Origin: Methanobacteriota archaeon
Lineage (GTDB): Archaea > Thermoplasmatota > Thermoplasmata > SG8-5 > JAGLSY01
Length of the DNA: 64,000 nt
Assembly: GCA_020696385.1 (NCBI GenBank)
Contig: JAEHCQ010000004.1
Span: forward strand, 96,001 to 160,000
Direction of reading: 5' to 3'
Numbering within the stretch: position 1 is the stretch's first letter; the number at the start of each line of letters is the position of its first letter. Of this stretch, positions 20,293-31,200 are shown one piece after another. Under the pieces are notes generated by a model that ran no database searches, had not been told where the DNA came from, and saw nothing but the letters and a program-made list of their open reading frames with translations. The position numbers were made by a program, and so were the translations under genes.

Positions 20293-21843
20293 TCAGAAAA
20301 AGGAGGTGTCCACCTTTTTCTTCTCTGGTACATTGGCCTTCACGGTCTTAATGTAATCCTCGTAAAGGTCGATCTTGAGCGGTAATGCGAAGGGTGTCTT
20401 TGGCGATACAACCAGTCCCTCGCCTACCATGAGTGTTTGTATCTCATGGTCCAGCTTGGAAACATCCTGCCTCGCGGAGCTGGCCAGTTTCTCACGATCC
20501 ATTTTATCCGCCAGTCCCAGTATGAATAGTGAATTGAACTGGGATATGACCTGCGAATCGATAAGCTTTGGCTGCTGTGATACTGCACAAAGCCCGGTCT
20601 TGAACTTTCTGCCCTCTCGAGCTATCTGGCCGAAGATACTTCCCTTTGATCTGTCCAGCACCCGTTGTGCCTCTTCCAACACTATCATGGTAGGCGGCAT
20701 CTTCTCGAATTCCTTCATCTCTTTGTAAATTTTCTTATTCCTTTCGAAAAGAGTCCGCACAAGCACGCTGGATACCAGTAATTCCTCTCTCTCGCCAGCA
20801 CCAGATACATCCACCAGCACGACCAATCCTTCTCGAAGTTGTTGGATGACTGTATCGGTCATTGAAACCGTGTCATCAAATGTTATGAGTGGCGAGCGGG
20901 CTATGGATTCAATGCGTCGCTTGACCACACCTATGGTCCCCTCATGGAATCTTGGCTGGTACTGCTCGATCAATGCTTCAATTCCGGTATCATTCAGATA
21001 CTGGAGCCAGTTCCTTCCGTGACGACCACGGACCGCGCTCAGGAACTCCACCTGTGGTTCTGAAAGTGAATAAATATTGCCAAGATCCTGCGTACCGATC
21101 TCACTGGCCGCGATCCTGACATCCGAAACATTTCCCTCCACCTCGCGGGTGACATAGCATCTGAGCCTTTGGCCAGCCAGTGGGTGATCCATCAACCCCT
21201 TAAGCTCGGATTTACCACCATTGATATATTCTCCATGTGGGTCCAATATCAACATTCCAATCTGGCCGGATTCAAGAACCGATCCTGCGAATCTCTTCAT
21301 CAAATTGCTCTTACCCATACCCGTGGTTGCGAAGACCCCCAGATGGTGACATAATACATCTGCGTGGACCCCGACTGGCACGCTGTCAATGGTGCGCTCA
21401 CCACTTCGGAGAACTCCTACTTTCATATCGCCTAAATAATCCTTGAGGAACTTGTAATCCTCATCCCCGGCATGTCGGACCTTGGAGAAATGAGCGGGGA
21501 TGGTCTTCGGTTTCTTAAACTTACCACCATCCAGATATCCCAGGGGCGCGCATACCGCGACATTGAATAGTCTTCTCTCCTCATCATAGATATTGTAATT
21601 CTCATCGCGATTGTCCATGTCCATCATATTACCCGCGGCACGTGATGCCCAATCCGACTCCCTGGCCTCCACGCCGTGCATGAGGTTGATAACTCGCAGA
21701 AGGAAACGGCGGGATGATGCATCGTCCAGCCCTATCAATATCTCTCCGAGGAAGATATCCTCATTTTTGAAGGACCTGAAATGTATCTCCGTGACATCCT
21801 TTCCGATAACTCTGCCTAATCCGTTATTATTATTTCCTGTCAT
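20293..21843 (-). CDS. herA: HerA helicase/translocase
   Basis: HLGVFATTGMGKS, LDPHGEY, LEEAQ, AREGRKF, SQQP; lies between nurA and mre11. Confidence 0.93.
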   Translation of the reverse strand: MTGNNNNGLGRVIGKDVTEIHFRSFKNEDIFLGEILIGLDDASSRRFLLRVINLMHGVEARESDWASRAAGNMMDMDNRDENYNIYDEERRLFNVAVCAPLGYLDGGKFKKPKTIPAHFSKVRHAGDEDYKFLKDYLGDMKVGVLRSGERTIDSVPVGVHADVLCHHLGVFATTGMGKSNLMKRFAGSVLESGQIGMLILDPHGEYINGGKSELKGLMDHPLAGQRLRCYVTREVEGNVSDVRIAASEIGTQDLGNIYSLSEPQVEFLSAVRGRHGRNWLQYLNDTGIEALIEQYQPRFHEGTIGVVKRRIESIARSPLITFDDTVSMTDTVIQQLREGLVVLVDVSGAGEREELLVSSVLVRTLFERNKKIYKEMKEFEKMPPTMIVLEEAQRVLDRSKGSIFGQIAREGRKFKTGLCAVSQQPKLIDSQVISQFNSLFILGLADKMDREKLASSARQDVSKLDHEIQTLMVGEGLVVSPKTPFALPLKIDLYEDYIKTVKANVPEKKKVDTSFF

Positions 21844-21844
21844 A

Positions 21845-22882
21845 TCATCTTCCTCCATCCAGCACATCGTGGAAGTTCTGGAAGGACAAATGCCATTTCG
21901 CCATGTCCATGCCCATTTTGCCTGCCTCGCGCTCCATCAAATGTCTGATATTCTCCACCTCGGTTCGGCTGAAAGCCACCTCATTATGGGCCTTTGCCAG
22001 TGGGTAGGGATATCCCAAATAACCGGGATCATTGCTGTATCCGGCTAGCTTTGAAAACAGCTGCCCGGCCTCCACACCTTCCGGCAAGGATATGTCCACC
22101 TTGAATACGAATATCGATCTACTGGCCAGGGATACTACATAAGGCTCTCCGAACAATTTGTCCTGACCACCTTCGATATCCAGTTTGAAGTACCAGGGTG
22201 AACCTGAGGCATAAGCCTCTCCGAAGGTCTGGATCATGGGTATCGCTGGCATTCCCATATATGCCAGCGAACTTCTTTTACTGACACCGCAGAGCATTAT
22301 CTTCCTAAACTTACAAAGTTCGATCAATCTCTCCAGCAGGGCTTCCGAACCTTTGATGCCCGCCCACAGTGAGCCATCAAAGGCCAGTACATCGCCCTCT
22401 TCCATATTCTCGGCGGATGCCAGCACTTCCTTCCATTCAATGAGGGAGCGGATCCTGCCCACACCTTCCTCGATGGTTCTGGGAATGTCCTGAGGTTCCT
22501 CACCAATTATCTTCCTGTGATAGTCTGAATAAACCTCTTCCAGGTTGGAAGGTGATAATGTGATCAATTTGAGGGATGGACTGGATGTCTTCTCGGATGA
22601 GAATTTTCCATCCACAAAGGCCGCCCTGCCAGCTCGGATGCCGGACACATTGAACAATGTGTATCCGTCCAGTATGACCGCGCTGCCGCCATCCACACCG
22701 ATGAAAGTGCCCTGGTTCTCGACTTTCTGGAACTTGATGAAACCATCTTTGTCAATGTCCCTGAGCCAGAGAGTTCCGGATGTCTCGTCCATCACCATCT
22801 CATTGTCATTGGGTTCCTCTATCATGGCCCTGGTGTGTGTGACAGCCTTTTCTATTTCAGAAAGATCAAGTCCCCTCAACAT
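21845..22882 (-). CDS. nurA: NurA nuclease
   Basis: GVDGG, FDGSL, GVSKRS, GYPYPLAKAHN. Confidence 0.92.
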   Translation of the reverse strand: MLRGLDLSEIEKAVTHTRAMIEEPNDNEMVMDETSGTLWLRDIDKDGFIKFQKVENQGTFIGVDGGSAVILDGYTLFNVSGIRAGRAAFVDGKFSSEKTSSPSLKLITLSPSNLEEVYSDYHRKIIGEEPQDIPRTIEEGVGRIRSLIEWKEVLASAENMEEGDVLAFDGSLWAGIKGSEALLERLIELCKFRKIMLCGVSKRSSLAYMGMPAIPMIQTFGEAYASGSPWYFKLDIEGGQDKLFGEPYVVSLASRSIFVFKVDISLPEGVEAGQLFSKLAGYSNDPGYLGYPYPLAKAHNEVAFSRTEVENIRHLMEREAGKMGMDMAKWHLSFQNFHDVLDGGR

Positions 22883-22934
22883 GCGACCTGAAATCTATGA
22901 GACCGTACTTAAGGGTATAGGGAGGGGGTGGGCG

Positions 22935-23085
22935 GAAGTAAATATTCAGCCCCTCAAGTATTTGGATTTAAACTCGGGCCTGAAACTTTACTTCTACAAG
23001 GCCATAAGCCCAATTTCGTAGAGGTGTAAAACCTCTACGATTATTCAAATATCCATTGATGGGCTTACGGCAACCGTTTACTTCT
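22935..23085. repeat. Intergenic cluster of inverted repeats (MITE-like)
   Basis: GAAGTAAA..TTCAG / CTGAA..TTTACTTC stem; GCCATAAGCCCA / TGGGCTTACGGC inverted repeat enclosing TCGTAGAGGT-GTAAA-ACCTCTACGA; TTTACTTCT at 22987 and 23077. Confidence 0.6.
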
Positions 23086-23113
23086 CAAATGTTTCTGTAC
23101 ACATCTAGGAAGA

Positions 23114-24151
23114 TCACTCAACCTCAACATCCAGCACGAAATGTCCCACACCCGGGGAGTAGGATTTGATCAATCTCTGTTTGATATCAGTCACTTTTCT
23201 ACCCTCCAGCTCAGCCGCTTCACGCACTCTGCTGGCCGGCCTCTCATCGGCCAGCACATTGGGACAAGTCTCGTGATAATGGATGAAACCACCTTCTGGC
23301 TTCAATATTCTCATGCCCTTCTGGAGGAATTCATGAGTTGTCCCAACATAGCCCATGACCACCCGATCTGCAACTCCTTCCATCGCATCCAGGCAATTGG
23401 AATTGTGAGGTTTGACAATACCACTCACATCATTCAGCTCGATGTTCTTCTTCAGATAATCATGAGATAGTGGGTTGAGCTCGTAGGCCAGTATCTTCGA
23501 TGGCTTGCTGTGAAAAGCCATCGGTAGCGTGAAATACCCAATGCCCGCGAACATGTCCACAACTACTTCATCAGGATTGCAGACACTGGCCATCCTGATG
23601 CGCTCATCCACATTCCCGCTGGAGAACATCAATCTGGAAGCATCGAAATTGTAAAGAATTCCATTCTCCAGATGAGTTGTCACGGTGTCATTTCCAAATA
23701 ATAATTCATGAACAGGCTCTCGGAATTGCCCGGCAATTCCGCCGGTATCCCACAGAACTGCCTTGACATTCAGAATGCCAGCATACACTTCGGCAATGTG
23801 CTTGCCATATTCTACAATGTCATCATCCAGCTTGATAACAAGCACATTGCCCATGAACTCCCATCTTTTCGGTATTTTCTCGACAAGCTCATCTGGAATA
23901 TCGAGGTGAGCCAGTATGTCCTTCATCGGGTCGTAGAAAGTCTCGCGCTCGATGATCTCCGATAGCTCACAAACACTACCACCAAGCTCTTCGATGAGCT
24001 TGGTCTCTTGGCCTGATAGTTCTCTCGTGATAGGTATTTGGATCATATCAGAATTGGAGATAATGCGATGATATTTGTCAAGGGCACCCAGACTGGTAAT
24101 TAACAGTCTGGTCTTTTCCGCTTTTTCCTTGTGTATGCTCACGGCCAGCAT
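23114..24151 (-). CDS. taw2: Trm5/Taw2-family SAM-dependent tRNA enzyme, most like Taw2 (wyosine aminocarboxypropyltransferase)
   Basis: MFSSGNxxER, VDMFAGIGYF, DRVVMGY, IHYHE; no Trm5 NLP motif; taw1 is in the same window. Confidence 0.75.
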   Translation of the reverse strand: MLAVSIHKEKAEKTRLLITSLGALDKYHRIISNSDMIQIPITRELSGQETKLIEELGGSVCELSEIIERETFYDPMKDILAHLDIPDELVEKIPKRWEFMGNVLVIKLDDDIVEYGKHIAEVYAGILNVKAVLWDTGGIAGQFREPVHELLFGNDTVTTHLENGILYNFDASRLMFSSGNVDERIRMASVCNPDEVVVDMFAGIGYFTLPMAFHSKPSKILAYELNPLSHDYLKKNIELNDVSGIVKPHNSNCLDAMEGVADRVVMGYVGTTHEFLQKGMRILKPEGGFIHYHETCPNVLADERPASRVREAAELEGRKVTDIKQRLIKSYSPGVGHFVLDVEVE

Positions 24152-24154
24152 GGA

Positions 24155-25192
24155 TCATCCCACTTTATATCTGAGCAAAGCCCCCACATCCCCGATGGAT
24201 TCCAGCTTCCTGCCAGCATCATGCAAGGTGCTAATCACCACCACCTTGCTCTTGCTCTCATCGGCCTTATTGAGGAGCTTCTCATACTTCCTGCTCCTCA
24301 TCGCTTTGTCCGTTATCAGAACAGTTTCAACCGCTCCCGCATCCAGGCAGTTTCCCACATCCGCCACTCCATAGGCGAAGGCTCCGTCCTTGGCAATTTG
24401 GGCCATCAGATCCTCTATTAACTTTGTTTCAATGGCCACTCTGGATTCCTTCAGCACTTCTGCCCCGATTCCTTTCTTCATGACCTCCTGCACAGCGGCC
24501 ATGCCCGACTGGCCGGTGGAAAGCACATGTAGACTTTTGGCGATCGGCCTGTTCTTATCTCGAATGTAATTGGAAAAATTCTCTTTCTCAAAACCAGGAC
24601 CAAGAATGATACACACTCCTTCACCAGCGATGGATTCCAGTTTGGCCAGAACCTCTGGATAGAATTCGTTCTTGCCGGGTTTCTTGGTCGTGTATTGCTT
24701 GCCAGAGGCATTGGATCTTATCTTGGCCACTTCCTTGATACCGTATTCGCGAAGTTGGACCAGAACAGCTTCCTCTTCATCGATCGCTACAAAAGTTATG
24801 AGGGGGCGCTCGACCGCCTTCTCGGCATCGAAGAGCCTGTCCATCAGCTCCCGTCGCCAGACTTTGATAATCGAAAGATCCTCGCCAACAGAAAGATTGA
24901 ATGTGTGGTAGGAGCCGATGTCCTGAGGCCCCTCCTCTATCACGCCGTGAATCCTGAGCCAGTCTGTGAATTCATGGAACTCGACGGACTCAACGCGGAT
25001 GCCGAGGCGCATCTTTCTTTTCTCGCCTCGTTCGGCTCTGAGCTTGTCATCTTTCGACTCCTCTCTGCGAGTGGTGAGAGCATAGGCTAGATCATCCTTT
25101 TCGACAATATTGTACAATTGCCAGAGGTCGTCCTCGGTTTGTATGAGGACCTTTATCTCACCACTCCTGTGGTCTTTCTTGAGGATCTTCAC
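24155..25192 (-). CDS. pelA: mRNA surveillance protein Pelota
   Basis: DDLWQL, LRIHGVI, GSYHTFN, AYG..V, GALLRY; GTG start. Confidence 0.95.
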   Translation of the reverse strand: MKILKKDHRSGEIKVLIQTEDDLWQLYNIVEKDDLAYALTTRREESKDDKLRAERGEKRKMRLGIRVESVEFHEFTDWLRIHGVIEEGPQDIGSYHTFNLSVGEDLSIIKVWRRELMDRLFDAEKAVERPLITFVAIDEEEAVLVQLREYGIKEVAKIRSNASGKQYTTKKPGKNEFYPEVLAKLESIAGEGVCIILGPGFEKENFSNYIRDKNRPIAKSLHVLSTGQSGMAAVQEVMKKGIGAEVLKESRVAIETKLIEDLMAQIAKDGAFAYGVADVGNCLDAGAVETVLITDKAMRSRKYEKLLNKADESKSKVVVISTLHDAGRKLESIGDVGALLRYKVG

Positions 25193-25244
25193 GCATATTC
25201 CTTCTGAACCAAGATTGAAGGTTGTGTATATGAATTATACGTAA

Positions 25245-25428
25245 GCACTGATAAGTCAAACTAACCGTCGTTCAACTGGACTCGAAGCCAAACTAGGCTA
25301 AGCTTCGAAAGTCTCAACTTGTTGCATAAACCCTGTTAGATCTGTATGATCCCGTAGATCGTGAAGGCAGCCAACGAGAATGAAACAAAACCCCATTTCA
25401 TTGCCGCGAACCTCTGCCTTTCATCCAT
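25245..25428. ncRNA. Candidate structured non-coding element of unknown family
   Basis: GC-richer island in an AT-rich intergenic region with several hairpins (GAAGGCAG/CTGCCTTT, AATGAAAC/ATTTCATT, TCGAAGC/GCTTCGA, GATCT/AGATC). Confidence 0.4.
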
Positions 25429-25676
25429 CCCATATATAATGTTTAGACTTTCGTCCATAGATATCCCATCCAAGCAGGTATATATAAATAAATATATAAA
25501 AGTCTTTCGTAATATAAAATTACAGTTTAGCCATTGAACAAATATATATTAAATATTAATTCATGTATAAATCTATTTTTCCTATCATTTCAACGCAGTT
25601 ATAGAAATATAGGTCGATATAAATGATTAAATAATGCAAATCCAATGTCCACAAGGATCTAAAAAGGGGTTTTCAG

Positions 25677-28283
25677 ATGACTGTGAAATACGTTTATGCA
25701 TTCTCAGAGGGCAATGCTGGAATGAAAGAATTGATGGGGGGCAAGGGAGCCAATCTTGCAGAGATGACCAAGATAGGCATCAATGTTCCACCTGGCTTCA
25801 CGATAACCACCGAGGCTTGTAATCAATTCCAGGGTACTGGGGAGATACTGGATGGAACATGGAAACAGGTTTTGAAGGCGATCAAGAAGCTGGAGACCCA
25901 AACAGACAAAGGTCTTGGAGATTCCAAAAATCCACTACTTCTATCGGTCAGGTCTGGAGCCCCGGTTTCGATGCCTGGCATGATGGACACTGTGCTGAAT
26001 CTCGGCCTGAATACGGAGACCGTGAAAGGAATGATAGAGAAGACGAACAATGAAAGATTCGTCTATGATTCATATCGCAGGTTCATCCATATGTTCTCGA
26101 ATGTCGTGCTGGGGTTGCCACATTCGAGCTTTGACGATATACTGGATAAATCCAAGGCCGATGCAGGAGTTGAGTTGGATAGTGAGCTAAATGCGGACCA
26201 GTTGAAAAAATTGGTTGATGATTACAAGGTAATTGTGAAAAACTCTGGCCTCGAATGGCCAGATGATCCTATCATGCAATTGAGATTGTCCATTGAAGCC
26301 GTTTTTAAGTCTTGGGACTTAAAGAGAGCCCGGGTGTACAGGGAGGCCAATGGCATATCGCACAATCTGGGCACAGCTGTCAATGTACAATCCATGGTCT
26401 TTGGCAATATGGGGCAGAATTCCGGTACAGGAGTTACATTCAGCAGGAACCCATCCACAGGCGAGAATAAGATATATGGTGAATATCTGATGAATGCCCA
26501 GGGTGAAGATGTGGTGGCTGGCATAAGGACACCGCTTCCGATATCCGATATGGAAAAAGCTCTTCCAGACATCTACAAGAAATTCTGGGATATCGTGGAT
26601 AGATGCGAGAAGCATTATGGTGATATGCAGGACATGGAGTTCACGATCGAAGAGGGTGAACTCTATATTTTACAAACTAGGACTGGCAAGCGCACTGCAA
26701 GTGCTGCAATTAAAATTGCTGTAGACATGGTGATAGAAGGTATAATACCAAGAGAAGAGGCTCTGATGCGTATCGAGCCATCTGCTCTTAATCAACTTCT
26801 CCACAAACGCCTGGACCTTTCAGGTGGGGAGAAAGAGGCGGCAATTGGCCTGCCAGCATCACCCGGAGCCGCCGCAGGCGAGGCGGTCTTCAATGCGGAT
26901 GAGGCCCAGCGTATGAAAGAAGAGGAAGGGAAAGATGTCATTCTGGTATCTCCAGAGACATCACCTGAAGATATACACGGAATGATAGCCTCTGAAGGAA
27001 TTCTCACATCAAGAGGTGGCATGACATCCCATGCGGCCGTGGTGGCCAGAGGAATGGGCAAGCCCTGCATCTGCGGTTGTGGGGACCTGAAGATCGGAAA
27101 AGGCGAATGCTATATTGACGATCTTGTGATCAAAGAAGGTGATTGGGTCACATTGGATGGAACAACTGGCAAGGTTTATAAGGGCCAGGTTCCGACCATC
27201 GATCCGGAGATGACATCCGAGTTCAAGGTATTCATGAACTGGGCGGATTCGATCAGTCGCATGACGGTGAAAACAAATGCCGAGGTACCATCGGATGTTC
27301 AGGTGGCCAAGGATTTCGGGGCTGAAGGAATAGGTCTGGCAAGGACCGAGCATATGTTCTTCGGAGAGGACCGCTTACCTTGGATGAGAAGGATGGTGCT
27401 GGCCTCTACGCCTGAAGAAAGGCAGAAGGCACTGGATCAGCTTCTGCCGATGCAGAGACAAGATTTTGAAGAGATATTCACGATCATGGACGGTTTACCA
27501 GTTATAATACGCCTTCTGGACCCGCCATTGCACGAGTTCCTTCCAAAGGACAGCGACGAGATTAAAGAGCTGTCCAAGGCACTGGATATACCTGTAAAGA
27601 CCATTGAGGAGGCCATAGAGAACCAGCATGAGTTCAATCCCATGCTGGGATTCCGCGGTTGCAGGCTGGGCATCATGTATCCGGAGATAAACGCGATGCA
27701 GGCCAGAGCGATATTCGAGGCCGGTCTGGCTGTTCAGGAAAAAGGCGTCAAACCGATCATCCAGGTGGAGATACCACTTATCGGCAAGTTGGAGGAGTTC
27801 AGGATGATAAATAATATCATCAAGGACGTGGCCTGTGATATGAATATCGCCGGCAAGTTGGACTACCAGATCGGAACCATGATAGAGGTTCCGAGAGCCG
27901 CGCTCACCGCGGATGAAATTGCTGTCGAAGTGGATTTCATGTCCTTCGGCACTAATGATCTCACTCAAATGACATGCGGCCTGTCACGAGACGATGCTGG
28001 CAAGTTCCTGGGAAAATATGTTGAAAAGGAGATCTACGACAGGGATCCATTTGAATCCATTGACCAAACAGGTGTGGGCCTTCTGATGAAGATATGTGTG
28101 GATAAGGCAAGGAAGATCAAGCCAGACATGGAGATCGGCATATGCGGGGAACATGGTGGCGAACCAGAGTCTGTAAAATTCTGCCATCGCATCGGAATAA
28201 ACGATGTCAGTTGTTCACCATATCGTGTGCCCATTGCGAAGCTGGCCGCTGCTCAAGCAGTTATCGAGGAACGGATGAAATAG
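25677..28283 (+). CDS. ppdK: Pyruvate, phosphate dikinase
   Basis: GGKGANLAEM, SVRSGA, GGMTSHAAVVARG phospho-His motif, SFGTNDLTQ, GICGEHGG. Confidence 0.98.
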   Translation: MTVKYVYAFSEGNAGMKELMGGKGANLAEMTKIGINVPPGFTITTEACNQFQGTGEILDGTWKQVLKAIKKLETQTDKGLGDSKNPLLLSVRSGAPVSMPGMMDTVLNLGLNTETVKGMIEKTNNERFVYDSYRRFIHMFSNVVLGLPHSSFDDILDKSKADAGVELDSELNADQLKKLVDDYKVIVKNSGLEWPDDPIMQLRLSIEAVFKSWDLKRARVYREANGISHNLGTAVNVQSMVFGNMGQNSGTGVTFSRNPSTGENKIYGEYLMNAQGEDVVAGIRTPLPISDMEKALPDIYKKFWDIVDRCEKHYGDMQDMEFTIEEGELYILQTRTGKRTASAAIKIAVDMVIEGIIPREEALMRIEPSALNQLLHKRLDLSGGEKEAAIGLPASPGAAAGEAVFNADEAQRMKEEEGKDVILVSPETSPEDIHGMIASEGILTSRGGMTSHAAVVARGMGKPCICGCGDLKIGKGECYIDDLVIKEGDWVTLDGTTGKVYKGQVPTIDPEMTSEFKVFMNWADSISRMTVKTNAEVPSDVQVAKDFGAEGIGLARTEHMFFGEDRLPWMRRMVLASTPEERQKALDQLLPMQRQDFEEIFTIMDGLPVIIRLLDPPLHEFLPKDSDEIKELSKALDIPVKTIEEAIENQHEFNPMLGFRGCRLGIMYPEINAMQARAIFEAGLAVQEKGVKPIIQVEIPLIGKLEEFRMINNIIKDVACDMNIAGKLDYQIGTMIEVPRAALTADEIAVEVDFMSFGTNDLTQMTCGLSRDDAGKFLGKYVEKEIYDRDPFESIDQTGVGLLMKICVDKARKIKPDMEIGICGEHGGEPESVKFCHRIGINDVSCSPYRVPIAKLAAAQAVIEERMK

Positions 28284-28294
28284 TTCCTCTCTCA

Positions 28295-31200
28295 TTATTT
28301 GATGAACTTCTTCATGTTCTTCGTATAACTCTCTTCAGATATCTTGCCATCTGCAAATGCTTTATCTATTTTGGCGATCATTTCCTCATCTGATAATTTG
28401 GGTTTTGCAGACACCTCTGGTTCTGGCTGTGGAGTAGCTTCCGGTATGGGAGCTGGCTCAGCAACCGGAGCGACTACTGGTGGAACTGCTGCTGACATTT
28501 CTGGTGGAGGAGTTGCCGGTGGCATTCCAGGAGGTGGTGGTGGTGGTAGTTCTCCTGGCTGAATCGGTATTTGGGCCTGAGCTGTTGGTACTGGCTCTGC
28601 CTGTGGTACTGGTACTTCCGCTGGCGGTGTCGGTGGAGCTTGGGGTTGAATCGGTGTTTGGACCCTTGGTGCTGGTTGCGGCATGATGGCAGGTGCAGGA
28701 GTTATCATAGGTCGTTGTGGTTCATCCTCATCCCTGTCCCTACTCACAAGCAATATGATCGCTAATACCACCAGGAGGAATAAGAGTAACACCCACCAGT
28801 ATTTTAGCAAGAAGTCATTGAAGCTAGAAGTAGATGCTGGCGAGCTATCTGGATCCTGCGGATCCGTACCTTCCTCATACTCTTCCAGGTTGGTGAAGCC
28901 ATCTCCATCATCGTCATCATCATCATCATTCGAGTTCAATGGATCAAGATCATTCTCCTCTTCCCATGTATCTGGCATATCATCATTGTCGTCATCATCA
29001 TCTTCATTGTTACCAGTTCCATCCCTATCCGTGTCTGTATCCTCGGAGGGATCCAATGGGAAATCATCATCCACATCATCCACACGATCATTATCATCAT
29101 CTGGATCATCGATGTCAAGTATGCCATCCCCATCTGTGTCCGTGTCATCCACTGGTGTGATCTGCTGATCACCCTCAATAGTGATGAATCCCCAACCATA
29201 TCCTCCCAATGCGTTCCCTGCAATGTCACTTGCCGATGTGGGGATGGATATGATGTACGATGTATTGTATTCCAGGGCTGGAGTGGGCATAAAGAGAAGA
29301 ATGCTATTGCTGTAGCTCCAAATCGCATTGCCACTGAAGAGGGTCCAGGTATTTGTTCCATCTGTCAGCTCAAAGCCATTCTCAATGCTCTGTTTGTTCA
29401 TCGGTTCATTGAAGACCAGCTCGATAGATGGTGTAACTGAGACATCTATTCCTGTTGGAGCATTTGATTCCACATAAGGTGTGATCGTGTCCACAATGGT
29501 CTGTACGAAATCTGTTCTCATTGCCTCTTCATTGCCAGCGTGGTCTGTCGCCATGGTGTAGAATTCGTATAAACCATCTGAAGGAGCGGTGAAAGATATG
29601 GAAATGCTGGCGGAACTATAGGTATTGTACAATCTCCAGGCACCGCCATCCACTCTGTAACATAATTTCATAATACTGATCCCACTTCCATCATCGTCCT
29701 GCGCATCTAAATCCAGGGTGAAGGTTCTTGACGTTTGGTAAGTGTTCAGATCCCACATCTGTGATATTGGTGCTGTCGTGTCAATAATGAAATTATCTAA
29801 AAAGTCAGGAACTACGATGTTTCCTACCATATCCTCTGCACCAGATACGATCAAAGTATATCTCCCGTTAGTGGTCGATTCTAGAATTTCAAAATTGCCT
29901 TCCCATATGGTCATCGATGTCCAATATCCACTGATCACAATATCATCATAGGGTGATGCAGTGCCCATTGTTACTATTGGCTGCAATCCCTGGTTCATGC
30001 TCTTGCTGAAGGTGATCGTGAAGGTGACCGTGCCCGTGTTCAGTGGCGAGTTTGGACTCATAATTATAGAGGTTATAACAGGCCGAGTGCCATCATATCC
30101 AGCATCCGAGTCTTTACTGGCCGTTGCATTCTCGTAATTGCCAGCATCATCGATGGCCACTGTGTGGAATTGATAATATCTCTCTCCATCCGGACATGTG
30201 AATGCGAAATTCCCATTTGCTGATGTTCCGGAAATTGCCAGGGTCTGGAACATCGCCCAGCCTCCCCATGTCACATTATCCACACTGGATCTGTAATAGA
30301 GATCGATATTGCTTAGTTCATAATTATCTGTTGCCAAATACGGAACATTGAATGGGGAAGAAGTGAACCACCCCAGCCATCCGCTTCCCGCGTTGGAAAC
30401 TGGTTCAATTCCATCTGTGACATTGACCCACATGGTATCTGTGTCCGAGCTACCCACTCCATCTCTCACAGTCAGAGTGACCTGTATATTGCCGACATTG
30501 TTGAATGTGTATGATGGGTTCACACCATACAGTCTGACTATTCCTCCATCTGTGAATGTCCATGTGTAATTGACTATGCCTATGACATCTATAGAACCGC
30601 TTCCATCAAACTGTACGAACAAGCTCTGCGGTCCTGCTTTATCAGAACCTGCGTTCGCGATCGGTGAAACACTATCATATCCCGCATTGGAATCCATTGT
30701 AAATGGGCTAGTTTCCACATTGCCAGCACTATCTGTCGCTATTGTGTAGAATTGGTAGTATCCTTGTCCGTTCGGACATCCGAATGCGTAGTTTCCGCTT
30801 GCTGATGTTCCGAAAATAGCTATTGACTGGAAAGGTGTCCAGCCACCCCATGTAACATTATTCGCACTGTATCTGTAATAGAGATTGATATTGCTTAGTT
30901 CGTAATTGTCTGATGCTGAATAAGGAACATTGTATGAGGATGTTATGAACCATCCCAGCCATCCGTTTCCCGCATTGGAAACCGGGCGATATCCATCTGT
31001 GACATACACCCACATGGTATCCATGTCCGAGTTTCCCATCCCATCTGTCACGGTCAAAGTGACCATCACATTACTGATATCATTGAATGTGTATGATGGG
31101 TTTTCTCCATATAGTGTGACTGCCCCTCCGTCTGTGAATGTCCATGTGTAGTTGTCTATTCCGATATTATCCAATGAGCCACTCCCATCAAAGATGACAA

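Noticed and set aside
16584-22882. Anti-phage system built on an SMC-like ATPase or HerA
   Set aside because: Gene set and motifs match the standard archaeal nurA-herA-mre11-rad50 repair operon.
25430-25676. Replication origin
   Set aside because: AT-rich, but no ORB-like repeats or cdc6; explained by divergent promoters. The 62-aa ORF at 25634 overlaps ppdK out of frame.
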